Shown here: positions 13,254 to 24,450 of the stretch, piece after piece
Layout: every line of letters begins with the position of its first letter
How positions within the stretch are numbered: the first letter of the stretch is position 1
DNA from: Octopus vulgaris
Taxonomy: Eukaryota
Direction: 5' to 3'
Assembly: GCA_951406725.2 (NCBI GenBank)
Contig: OX597826.1
Coordinates: 7,006,001-7,070,000 of the forward strand
DNA: 64,000 nt
Notes under the pieces: generated by a model
The model's database searches: none
Told to the model about the DNA's origin: nothing
The model's input: only the letters and a program-made list of their open reading frames with translations
Program-made: the position numbers and the translations under genes

Positions 13254-13499
13254 CTTCCCTCAAGAATCAGCGGGCATCCGTTCTTTATCGATAACGTATG
13301 CTAAATCAATCTACAATATAACGAGTTTGAATACATTTCTTCTACTTCTTAATGAAATAAATTCACCAAAGAACAACAGGTGTGATTCTGTGAAAGGCAC
13401 TGATACCATTATAATAAGTAAAACAAAAATACATATTAACAAATATAATGAATCTATTGGTTATGTTAAGAAAATCGATATAATTGGAAAATATTATGT

Positions 13500-13830
<331 letters not shown>

Positions 13831-14271
13831 GAGGAAGATTATTGTTTATGTAATTCTCTCGTTTTTACCTAACGTTCTTCCCCCCTCTATGCGTTTGCAA
13901 GTATATTCTCTGACAAGTGCACATGTACCACATACTCACACACACACATATATACACGTATGTATGTATCTATTTATGTATGTACAAATAAAATTCATTA
14001 AAATTGATAAAGTAATAAAGAGATTAATATTGAGATCGATATCTCTTGGATCATAAAAGCCACTTGCACCATTAAATGACAGTGTGAAAGCATGTATAAT
14101 TACTACCGTTGTTATTTATAACGTGTGTGCTACGAGAAAAGCTTCTCGTTCTTAAATTAAAATTTGGGTACATTTTACTAAAGATTCATTAAATATACAA
14201 GGTTAACATAGGCGTAGGAGTGGCGGTGTGGTAAGTAGCTTGCTTCCAGGTTGCTTCTACACATGTACAAG

Positions 14272-14307
14272 TCAGTGTTGTGCTTGAAACCGAAGATGTA
14301 AGACGTG
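14272..14307 (+). promoter_or_regulatory. Internal Pol II promoter: Inr (TCAGT) plus DPE (AGACGTG)
   Basis: With A+1 at 14274, AGACG lies at 14301-14305, which is +28 to +32, the canonical DPE spacing. Confidence 0.7.
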
Positions 14308-14928
14308 TTTTTGAAAGCCGTCTTAAATTGAAGACTTTTGAATACTCAGCCGTAAGGTAAGAATATTGGGGGTCTTGTAGGGACCTGCTGTACGTTGCAA
14401 ATTATTTTTACAAGGAACAAGTCCTCACTAGGCTCCAGTCTGCCGGAAGCTGAGTGAAAATATTATTCACTTAATTGTGAAAATTATTGGTTTGGTAGGC
14501 CAAACTTTTATTTGAAAATAGTGTTGTTCCTGTTAAGGTGTACCTAGAAGAAATTTGGAATGATTTCTTAACTATTTTACAGTTGTGTTAAATTTTGGCC
14601 GTAACGGTGAATTGAGAATTTTTTTGAAAATTGTTCTTGTGAATTCTAGTGGGCGTATCTCGCCAAAAAAAGAATAAGCCATTTGGATTACCTTTTTGGA
14701 TTACCTTTTTGGAGTATTATACAAAGGATTCCCTGTCTGTGCTATTTGTGAGATTTTTCCTTTACTTTTCCCTTCATCTATTATTTCCTTCTTTCTAAAA
14801 ATTTTTAGTTCATTCTTTTCATTACTTTAATTTCAGTTTCCTCCCCTCCCCTTTATTTTGTTTTATTTTTATTCAGTTTAATTTTTTGGCAGACTGTCTT
14901 TTGAACTACTTTTGAACTGTTTTTCGAC

Positions 14929-16198
14929 ATGGCAGAGAAGGAACTTAAAAAGAAAAACTCTGTCTTAGAGTGGGAAATTAACCCGCCTAAGCAATGGTTA
15001 AAAGATATGGAAGAGAAGACGATGGTACTTAGAACATATCCTAAAGTTCTTAATTCCATCACCGTCTTCCCAAAACAAGTTATAAAAAATGACTTTAAAG
15101 AACATTTGTCCTCTGTAAAATATATATCCCGTGGTGTCAAACATACAACCGTATGGTTGCTGTTTGACAACGAGGAAAAAGCTCGCCAGTTTGCGAGTCA
15201 GCCTTTAGAAGGCAAGGAAATCCTGTTTCTCCCGTCATATTGTGGAAGAAAATTAATACGAGCCTGGATATGTGGGCTCCCCCCGGACACTGAAGCGGAT
15301 TGGATTGAAGATACCATCCGACGGGGACTGGGGGATGGCGGGCTCGAGCTCTTAAATGTAAGGGTATTGCTGGCGGTCGATTGGGAAGGGTCAAAAGCGA
15401 TTTTGACCCTGTGGACTCTATCGGCCGCAACAGAACTGGTTTTTCCAGGTTTTTTGAAAATGGCTGGCTGCAGGCATCCGGTGATACTTGAGGGACGTCC
15501 CCCAAAGTGTCACTCGTGCCTGCAGCCAGGCCACATTAAAAGACTGCCCCCAGGACCATGGTAATGTCCTGGAACAGTCAGCAGATGCCACCTCCCCTAC
15601 CCGGTCAAAGGGAGAGGTGAATGTGGTCGAGGAGGCTTCAGCCTCCTCAACTCAAAAAGGATTAAAAAAGAAGAAGGCGGGCAACAATAGTTGCCCGCCG
15701 AAGGAACCTAAGGCTTCGGGAGGCGGGGAAGAGTCTCCGGACAAAGCGGAAGGGCTCCACTCTCCTGAAGTCAGGAAGAAAAGAAAAAAAAAGAAAGAAG
15801 AACGGGTCATCTCAGAAGGGAGATGATGTGCCGACTGCATGTCCCGAAGTTGTGCCACCCACGTTGGAAGAAACCACCCCCACCCTTAAAGATGATCAAT
15901 TAATTATCTTTTTCTACAAGAGCGGCGAGGTGGAAAAATAGTAGAAGAACTTAAAGAGACAGTAGATATGCCCGTCACACGGGATCTCGAATGGCCTCCG
16001 CAGATAGCTGTGGAGGTCATAAGGTTTCCCTTGTGGGAAAGGCTTAAAGGATTTGGGGAGGAGTGTCGCAAATGGCCGAGTGGCCCTTACACGACTTACA
16101 TGTCCTACATGAGTGAGGCATGGGAAATAGCGGGATACAGGAACTCAAGCGGCATTGAAGATAATGATGAATATATCGCTGGATATATCGAAGAGTAG
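14929..16198 (+). pseudogene. Frameshifted LINE ORF1 (gag-like, CCHC zinc knuckle, Lys-rich C-terminal region), about 420 aa reconstructed
   Basis: ORF 14929-15564 has EGRPPKCHSCLQPGHIK, with DCP continuing in the next frame (CX2CX4HX4C); further shifts near 15820 and 15940 link to ORF 15968-16198. Confidence 0.78.
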
Positions 16199-17094
16199 GA
16201 GGTGAAAGACCCTCGTTACAGAGTTTGAAACCTCACCTTATTGGACTATTTTGTAGTGGTTTATAACCTCAATTTTGTGTTTTAAGAAAGAAAAAAGAAA
16301 ATATGTTAAGTAAGAGGTTTTAGTGCCTCTTCCTTGTAAAAGGTTCGAAACCTTATATTGATTTAAAAAAAAAAAAGAAAATATGTTTTCGAGAAAAATC
16401 CAATCGGCGGGTGTTGGGTTTCGTCTCTCATTTATTCATTATAATTAATTTTCATTCATTAATATGTTTGTCCAGCCCGCAAAGCTCTTTGTACTATCTA
16501 TGACAAATTTTTGAAATCAAGTAGCTTGCTTACCAACTACATGGTTCTGGGTTCAGTCCCATTGCCTGGCAACTTGGGTAAGTGTCTTCTATTATAGCCT
16601 TGGGACGACTAAGGCCTTGCGAGTGGATTTAGTCGACGGAAACTGAAAGAAACCCGCCGTTTATATGTCTATATATATATCTGTGTGTATTTGTGTGTAT
16701 ATATTTGCGTGTCTGTGTTTGTCCCCGCCCCAACATCGCTTGACAACATATGCTGATGTGTTTCGAATAAGTACTAGACTTACAAAGAATAAGTCCTGGG
16801 GTCGATTTGCTCGTCTAATGGCGCTGCTCCAACATGGCCACAGTCAAATTACTGAAATAAGTAAAAAGCTAAAACAGTAATAGTCTTTACAATGAGCGAT
16901 AGCTCTAACTAATCAGTGGTTATCTGCAGGTCTACATAAGCTTAGTTCAAATCCAGGATTTATGTAAAAAGCAAGAGTGAATTCTACTTCGCATTTTACC
17001 CGACTTTCTAACGATTTTGCCAATCCAAACAACAAAAATAACACCTCATCTATTGAGGTATAGATACATACGTAAATACTCTCAATACTCCTTA

Positions 17095-17452
17095 CGAATC
17101 ACATGGTTCCGGGTTCAGTCCCACTGCGTGCCACCTTGCACAAATGTCTTCTACTATAACCTCCGGCCGTCCAACGCCTTGTGAGTGAATTTTGTAGACG
17201 GAAACTGAAAGAAGCCTGTCATATGTATGTATATATATATATTTATGTATGTATATATGTTTGTGTGTCTGTTCCACCCCCCATCGATTGATATTCGATG
17301 CTGGTGTGTTTACGTCCCCGTAACTTAGCGGTTCGGCAAAAGAGCCCGATAGAATAAGTAATTGGCTTACAAAGAATAAGTCCTCGACTACAGGAAGTGC
17401 TCCAGCATGGCCACGGTCACATGACTGAGACAAGTGAAAGAGTAAAAGAGTA
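17095..17452 (+). mobile_element. SINE family B, 5'-truncated
   Basis: Matches 59171-59640. Confidence 0.85.
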
Positions 17453-17514
17453 TCTATATATGTGTGTGTTTGTGTGTGTGTGTGTGTATATATACACACA
17501 CACATACATATGCG

Positions 17515-17735
17515 TAGGGAGGGGCGCTAAAAAGTTCCAGGAATTAACGATGTCACGTTAGGCCTGGTTGAAGGCCCAATATTCTGAGTTCTTTTACAGG
17601 GCTTAGAAAAACTGAAGGACCGCTCCAATAAATGTGTGAATCTCAAAGGGAAATGTGTTGAATAAAATCATTATTAAGTGATTCTCTTGCATTTTCTTTT
17701 ACCCACAGCCAGAAACGTTTCAGCTCCCCCGTGTA
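17515..17735 (+). mobile_element. Internally deleted mariner (MITE-like)
   Basis: TIR-like ends GAGGGGCGCTAAAAAGTTCC / AGCCAGAAACGTTTCAGCTCCCCC with TA flanks; internal GLEKLKDRSNKCVNLKGKCVE* resembles the mariner transposase C-terminus. Confidence 0.75.
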
Positions 17736-17904
17736 CATATGCATATATATTGGCCTGCTTATCTACCCTGTAGGGTGGCATAATTCAAAAGATATTTACG
17801 ATGCAATGCGCACTGTGTCTAGCGTATAATAATCCGGCAGTCTGGTCGATCACGTGATCTTATCTATGTGTGTTTATGTGTCTATATGTGTGCGTGCGTG
17901 TGTA

Positions 17905-17939
<35 letters not shown>

Positions 17940-18054
17940 CAGACGCCTTTCTTGATCCGTAGTCTCTACGGAGAGTTTTTCGAATTCTGTGAATTAAGTA
18001 CCCCTCCATTGGGCGGGACACCACTCCGTCACATTATTACATTATATATATATA

Positions 18055-18260
18055 GGAGAGTTTACGAAAAAGAAAACAAAAGACGAAGACAGGTGGTGTA
18101 CAAAACAAACAGATGTGTTAGTATAACGCTAAGGAATAGAAAAAGTCTTTTAGGTTTCGAGCCTACGCTCTTCTACAGAAAAGGACACAGAAGAAATAAG
18201 GAGAGAGAGAAACAAGAAGAGAAAAAAATGTGTGTAGTGGCTAACGATCTATCATGGCGA
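18055..18260 (-). mobile_element. Short (TA)n-flanked repeat with degenerate HHR-like motif (probably PLE-derived)
   Basis: Homologous to 62901-63086. Confidence 0.65.
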
Positions 18261-18334
18261 CTGATAGATATAAAGATATAGATATATATATGCCTATATA
18301 CATACGTATTGTACATACTTACATCTATACATAT

Positions 18335-18820
18335 ATATGTATATATGGGCACAGTACGTCACGAAACGTGTACAACAAAAAAGTATGAAGAACGAGTACA
18401 TAGAACTTAAATAATTCATTCAAACAACAAACGACAGAAAGTGAAAACAAAACAAACAACATAAGGGACGTTCCTTCATGAGTTGTTGGCTGTTTCTCTA
18501 GTCTCGTATTTTGAGCATTTCACGCGTTCGCCACCGCAACCTTGATTAGGCTTAGCAGCCCTTCCCGTTTGTATTCTCTGTCCTGTTTGTGTTACCTATT
18601 TTCACTCTCCGCAAAATCCCCAATTTTATTTAAATTGGTTTGCAGAGGCAACTGTTTTATCGAAAACGTGTATTGTTATTTTATGCTCGTTTCCCATGTT
18701 TTGTTTTCCATTTGTATCGTTCGTTGTCCGAAAGAATATTTCATGTTCCATGTACTGTGCTTCGTACATTTTTGTTGTACACGCTTCATGACGTCCTCTG
18801 CCCAAATATGCATATGTATA
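18335..18820. repeat. Diverged foldback element (arms about 18335-18465 and 18680-18820)
   Basis: GGGCACAGTACGTCACGAAACGTGTACAACAAAAA versus TTTTTGTTGTACACGCTTCATGACGTCCTCTGCCC. Confidence 0.7.
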
Positions 18821-18884
18821 TAAATATAGCTGTAAGTATGTACATATATGTATGTACATATACATGCATACATACATACATACA

Positions 18885-18954
<70 letters not shown>

Positions 18955-20076
18955 AATGTATGTATATATGTATATATATTATTTATATTATTATATATAG
19001 GTGTGTATATATATGTACATATACGTATATATATATATATATATATATACGGTTTGTATATATATATGTATGTGTGCATGTATGTATGTATGTGTATGTA
19101 TGTATGTATGTATGTATGTATGTTTGTATGTATGTATGAATATATGTATGCAGAAGTGTGAACATATATCTAACCATGAACCGTTGTGCATGGGAAAGAG
19201 TGAATTCACGATTCTCAAAGATATAAACAAGTCAACTTTTATATACACATTTACTTAGGCATATGCATATATATATATTTTCCATGTGTATGTGTGCGCA
19301 TGTGAGTATGTGTGTGTGCGTGCGCCTGCGTCTTTGTGTCTCAGTTCATGTGTGTATATATGTGTGAACATATTTATGCTTCTCTGTTGGTGTTGTTTGT
19401 ACGTGTTTTTTACATCCTGCATATTCCAATATTCCATGTATACACACAAATAAAAACATGTATAAACACAGATCATTAAAAAAAAGGCACAGATTTACAT
19501 TCTCCTGGGTTATAAGTAAACGTCAACAACAACAAATTTCCAAAAAAGTATTGAAACAAATGCCTTTACAATTCATTGTGCTTATATGCGTTATTATAGT
19601 TTTCGATTTAATTCCCTTGTGTGTGCGCACTCTCCTGTTCATAAGGAGAGAACTATACTTCAACAGCTTTTACAATATATTTCTAATCAATGTTAATGTT
19701 AAAAATATTTATTCCCCGAAGCAAAGCCTAATTAGTCAGCATTCAATTTGCTAGCACATAAACCGGATAGAAGTTGAAATATCCATTTACGTAGAATTTA
19801 TGACAAATAAAACGCAGTCTGCTATTTTGCTTGCTTATATTTACAAACTCCATTCTCCTTCTCATTAGGAAGTGTCACTATGAGCTTCATAAATATTTAG
19901 GATCAAAAAGGGTCAAACACAATTGAGCTCTGACTTGTATTTTACCCTGCTTTCAATATATTTTGTTCCCTTTCGTTTCGTTTTTAACTCGTATTTTCTG
20001 TCTTTATTAAAGCATTAATCTTTTAGCGTACACTCAATCTAAATTTATACATCTATGTACATTTAAACATAGATGC

Positions 20077-20108
<32 letters not shown>

Positions 20109-20119
20109 ATCTACGTCTT

Positions 20120-20157
<38 letters not shown>

Positions 20158-20197
20158 CGTATATATAGATATACCTTTATATATACGTAGATATGTT

Positions 20198-20256
<59 letters not shown>

Positions 20257-20408
20257 ATATATATACATAACTACATATATCTATATGCATAGCTATATAC
20301 ATAAATATATACTTATTTGTATGCATGTATAAATAAATATATATATATGTAAATATATATTTATATATATAGATAAGTATATATTTATGTATATAGCTAT
20401 GTATATAG

Positions 20409-20446
<38 letters not shown>

Positions 20447-20447
<1 letters not shown>

Positions 20448-20676
20448 AAAAGTTAGTGTGGGGTATCGCACGAGTGGGATTATATAAGAAAGGTTTGAAA
20501 ATGTAAGGTTTATTTATTATTTCTTGTAAAGATTGTAAAGTTACATTTAAGGAAACATTAATAGTTCAAAAAGTTTTAAAAACTTTTTGAACCTTTATTC
20601 AATGTTTTTAAATTATGACAATCTTTACCAAAATGAAACCGTTAAGTAAATATCGTTTTGCATTTTCAAACCTTTT

Positions 20677-20684
<8 letters not shown>
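20447..20684. mobile_element. Degraded (TA)n-flanked foldback related to the 42428-42866 element
   Basis: Nested inverted matches around GTTCAAAAAGTTTTAAAAACTTTTTGAAC; GAAACCGTTA remnant; unpaired tail containing ACTCGTG on the minus strand, as at 42842-42866. Confidence 0.6.
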
Positions 20685-20722
<38 letters not shown>

Positions 20723-20741
20723 TAAATATCTATGTATATAT

Positions 20742-20790
<49 letters not shown>

Positions 20791-21239
20791 CGTGGGTGTC
20801 AACGCATACCTGCTTACGTATTTGCTTGTGTTATAAACTAGATATACGTACACACACACACACATACACACATATATATGCGTATTTGTATATATATATG
20901 AATTGTATTATATATATATATATATATGAATTATGTATATATATATATGTAACTCATGCCGGCATTTCGTTGCACTGTGTTACCTTACGAACACCATACT
21001 CTCCCGAGGTTCTATTTTTGCCTTTAATCCCTGTAGAATCGATAAAATAAATGTTCCGTATTATCGATAAATTAAATACTGGTGTTGTTTTAACCATTTA
21101 CACACCAGTTCCTCAAAGTCTACCCTTATCTGAAAGATTACGTGCCGACGTATATTAAAGAATATATTTATGATGTTTTTATCATCGCTTTGTCATTATC
21201 TTTGCCAACGCTTTATTTCATGCTATACTATGTTATCCT

Positions 21240-21460
21240 ATTAAGGAGGCAAGCAACCAGAATCGTCAGAACGTCGGGGAAAATGTTTCGGGCTGTATTT
21301 ATTCTGGTTCATTACATTTTACGTTCAAATCATGCTGTAGTCCCCTTTGCCTTCCATTGTTTCAGGGTCGATCAAACAACGTAATGAGTAATGCGTTCAG
21401 CGGTAGGGAGAGACATTTATCACTGAAAATCATGAACCTTGTTCCCAAGTTGAAAAAGAC
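21240..21460 (+). mobile_element. Degraded SINE family C
   Basis: GTTCAAATCATGCTGTAGTCCCCTTTGCCTTCCATTGTTTCAGGGTCGATC resembles the family C body. Confidence 0.55.
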
Positions 21461-21470
21461 TGTTATGCTT

Positions 21471-21517
<47 letters not shown>

Positions 21518-21552
21518 GTGAGAATGAGAGAGAGCGAGAGAGAAAGAAAGAA

Positions 21553-21600
<48 letters not shown>

Positions 21601-21799
21601 TTCGAAGCGTGTTGTGTACATGTGTGTCTGTGTGTATTTCTGTGCGTCTGTGTCTGTCTTTGTACATCACCCCAATTTGATAACTGTCTTTGGTATGTTT
21701 ACGTCCATATATGTATGTATATAGGCCAAAACTATATGTATACGAACAGATATACCTCATTTCTGTATATGCAATCTTGACTTACTTGAAGCGGGCAAC

Positions 21800-21844
21800 G
21801 GCCAGACAGGTTTCGATCTTTTCTAGAGATATCATCAGTAAACC
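21800..21844 (-). ncRNA. Minimal type I hammerhead ribozyme motif (partly decayed)
   Basis: Minus strand: GGTTTA-CTGATGA-TATCT...AGATC-GAAA-CCTG-TC-TGGCC. Confidence 0.6.
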
Positions 21845-22452
21845 TATTTTATAAAGAGATTAGCCTTACATCTACATATACAAACATTTTTCGATTAGTC
21901 TTTCGGAATATTCTATATTCACAAATATCGTTCAAATCTCGGAAAAATATGTTATTAATATTCAGTGTCTTTCATTCCAATTATTCCAGTGAACCTATAT
22001 TAAAAACAAGCCGTCTCGTCTGCCCATATTGCCTTTGGTATAGTGCCGTGTACTTAAGCACAGTTACGTATACACACACACGCATACATACATATGCACA
22101 TATGTATATATACTTAGATATGTATATGTATGATTATATCGGAGAGGATGAAATAGCAAATCCAAGTGGAGTTTTCATGACATTTATAATAAAATGGTCT
22201 TACAGCTGTTTCTTCATAAGAAACGGTGTGAGAAAATATCTGAGTTCGAATTATTGTGGAAAAGATAAGGTGGGGATATAAAGGGAAATAAGAGAATGAA
22301 AGCAGAAATAAGATATATAAAGATGTTATAGTTGCAGTTCAATTATTCCAGGAAAATGGTCCTTGTGTTTTGCATCGTCTATCTGGATGTTTTGTTGTCC
22401 CTTTTTGTGTCAGCTGGTTGTCCGGATGTTTTGCGTTCTTGTCCCATTTTGC

Positions 22453-22494
<42 letters not shown>

Positions 22495-22497
<3 letters not shown>

Positions 22498-22685
22498 TCA
22501 TCATCATCATTTAGCGTCCGTTTTCCATGCTAGCATGGGTTGGACGGTTCGACCGGGGTCTGTGAAGCCAGAAGGCTGCATCAGGCCCAGTCTGATCTGG
22601 CAGTGTTTCTACGGCTGGATTCCCTTCCTAACGCCAACCACTCCGTGAGTGTAGTGGGTGCTTTTTACGTGCCACCGGCACGAGA
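22495..22685 (-). mobile_element. 3' part of a SINE with RTE-like tail ending (ATG)n
   Basis: Minus strand ends CCAACCCATGCTAGCATGGAAAACGGACGCTAAATGATGATG. Confidence 0.65.
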
Positions 22686-23139
22686 ATACATATATATATA
22701 TAGCGGCGTACAAACACTTTGTTCTCTTATATGTAAGTACACATTTCACAAAATTTTGTACGAGTTTTTAAACTCCCCCCCTCTCCTTCACTTTCCTTTG
22801 CCTTTCTTACTCACTTTTCACTTCACTATGTCCCTGTCTCTCTGTTTTTCTCGCCACTCTTTGATTCTTCCGTCTATCTACTTCTACACACTCTCTCTCG
22901 TTCTCTCTCTTCTCCCCCTCCTTAATTCCTTTGTTCCTCTTTTTCTCTCTCTTCTCTTCTCATGTGACCTATTGGCCGACTGCTAGCCTTTTTGCGTCTG
23001 ACCACTGTCACTGCCACAACGATATTCTTCCCTGTGCCGTAAGGCTTCATTTCTACACACGCCAGCTGAATTCAATTCGTCACCAGTCGAAAGACACCTG
23101 TTATTATTATTATTATTGTTATTTTTATTGTATTTTTGT

Positions 23140-23436
23140 ATTTATGTTCGTGTAACATCGTCTGTTTTTCCGTCCTTGTTTTCGCATACATTTAATGCTT
23201 TTTTCCAAGGAATCTAATGCTCTTAGCTTAGTTTTTTCTTGGGGCTGGCCAGATTAGTGCAATCTCAAGATTATTCAGCCGAAATTGCGAAGATGATCCG
23301 GTTCTTGATTGAAGATAAAAGGATTCGAATGACTCGTCCTTGTTTTTTTGTATCGTCTATCTGGATGTTTTGTTGTCCCTTTTTGTATCATCTGGTTGTC
23401 CGGATGTTTTGCGTCCTTGTCCCATTTTGTATTTTA

Positions 23437-23440
<4 letters not shown>
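23140..23440 (+). mobile_element. Short repeat ending at (TA)n; 3' ~95 bp duplicated at 22359-22455
   Basis: TCGTCTATCTGGATGTTTTGTTGTCCCTTTTTG...GTCCCATTTTG in both; contains a GGCTG...CAGCCGAAA hairpin. Confidence 0.6.
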
Positions 23441-23490
<50 letters not shown>

Positions 23491-23824
23491 CTCTTTTACA
23501 CTGTTACTTGTTTCACTAATTTGAGTGTGGCCTTGCTGAAGCACTAACCTTTAGTTGAAGAAATGGACCCCTGAAGTTATTCTTTGTAAGCCTAGTGCTT
23601 TTTCTATTGATATCTCTGGCCGAATCACTTACATTACCTTTCATACACACGTACATAAATGAGCGAAGATAAAGAATATCTACACCACCCATTTTCGGCG
23701 TAACCCTGGTCCTAAACACAAGGAGAGCGTATTCTTGACCTTCGCCCATAAATATGCATACATCTTTTTTGTGCGTGATAGAGAGAGAGAGAGAAAGAGA
23801 CAGACAAACAGACAGACAGAGTGA

Positions 23825-24143
23825 GGCTGTATTTCGTTATGGAGTATGGCCATTGCACGAAGCTTAACTGTTACTGGTGCTGTGATCGAATGTGACTTTT
23901 TAGCCCAGCTAAAGATCTACAAAGTCTTGTACAGAATTGGCAGCTAAAACCTTTACCGGTAATAGCCGGCTGTAGTTGTAGCTGGGCTTCATGTACCTTT
24001 GCATGTCGTTTAAGTCCTCCTGCCCAATTACACTCTCTTCCACATGCCTGACAGATATGATTAGTATGGTGTGTAACACCACGACCAGTGGCCAGGTTGT
24101 CACTCATCTGTCTCGCGTTATGACTACGAAGACGACTCTTATT

Positions 24144-24145
<2 letters not shown>
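23825..24145 (-). pseudogene. RTE-clade LINE 3' end with two C2H2-type zinc fingers
   Basis: HICQACGRECNWAGGLKRHAKVH and FSCQFCTRLCRSLAGLKSHIRSQH, then a stop and short 3' UTR; truncated at a microsatellite. Confidence 0.7.
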
Positions 24146-24175
<30 letters not shown>

Positions 24176-24417
24176 CATGCATGCATACATACATACATAC
24201 ATACATACATACATACATACATACATACATACATACATACATACATACATACATACATACATACATACATACATACATACATACATACATACATACATAC
24301 ATACATACATACATACATACATACATACATACATACATACATACATGCATCATACATACATATCATACATACATACATACATACATACATACATACATAC
24401 ATACATACATACATACA

Positions 24418-24446
<29 letters not shown>
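24146..24446. repeat. (TACA)n microsatellite
   Basis: Seen directly. Confidence 0.98.

Positions 24447-24450
<4 letters not shown>

Larger units (their letters stand above)
14246..16518 (+). mobile_element. ORF1-only (HAL1-like) L1/Tx1-related non-autonomous retroelement
   Basis: Perfect 13-bp TSD AAGTAGCTTGCTT (14233-14245, 16519-16531); ~0.65-kb 5' UTR, disrupted gag-like ORF1, ~0.3-kb 3' region, no EN/RT. Confidence 0.8.
14211..16880 (+). mobile_element. SINE family B split by a 2.27-kb insertion (SINE parts 14211-14245 and 16519-16880)
   Basis: Head GGCGTAGGAGTGGCGGTGTGGTAAGTAGCTTGCTT resumes at 16519 with ...ACCAACTACATGGTTCTGGGTTCAGTCCC. Confidence 0.88.

Noticed and set aside
23871-24145. 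C2H2 zinc-finger host gene
   Set aside because: Lacks TGEKP linkers, is truncated at a microsatellite and fits an RTE LINE C-terminus better
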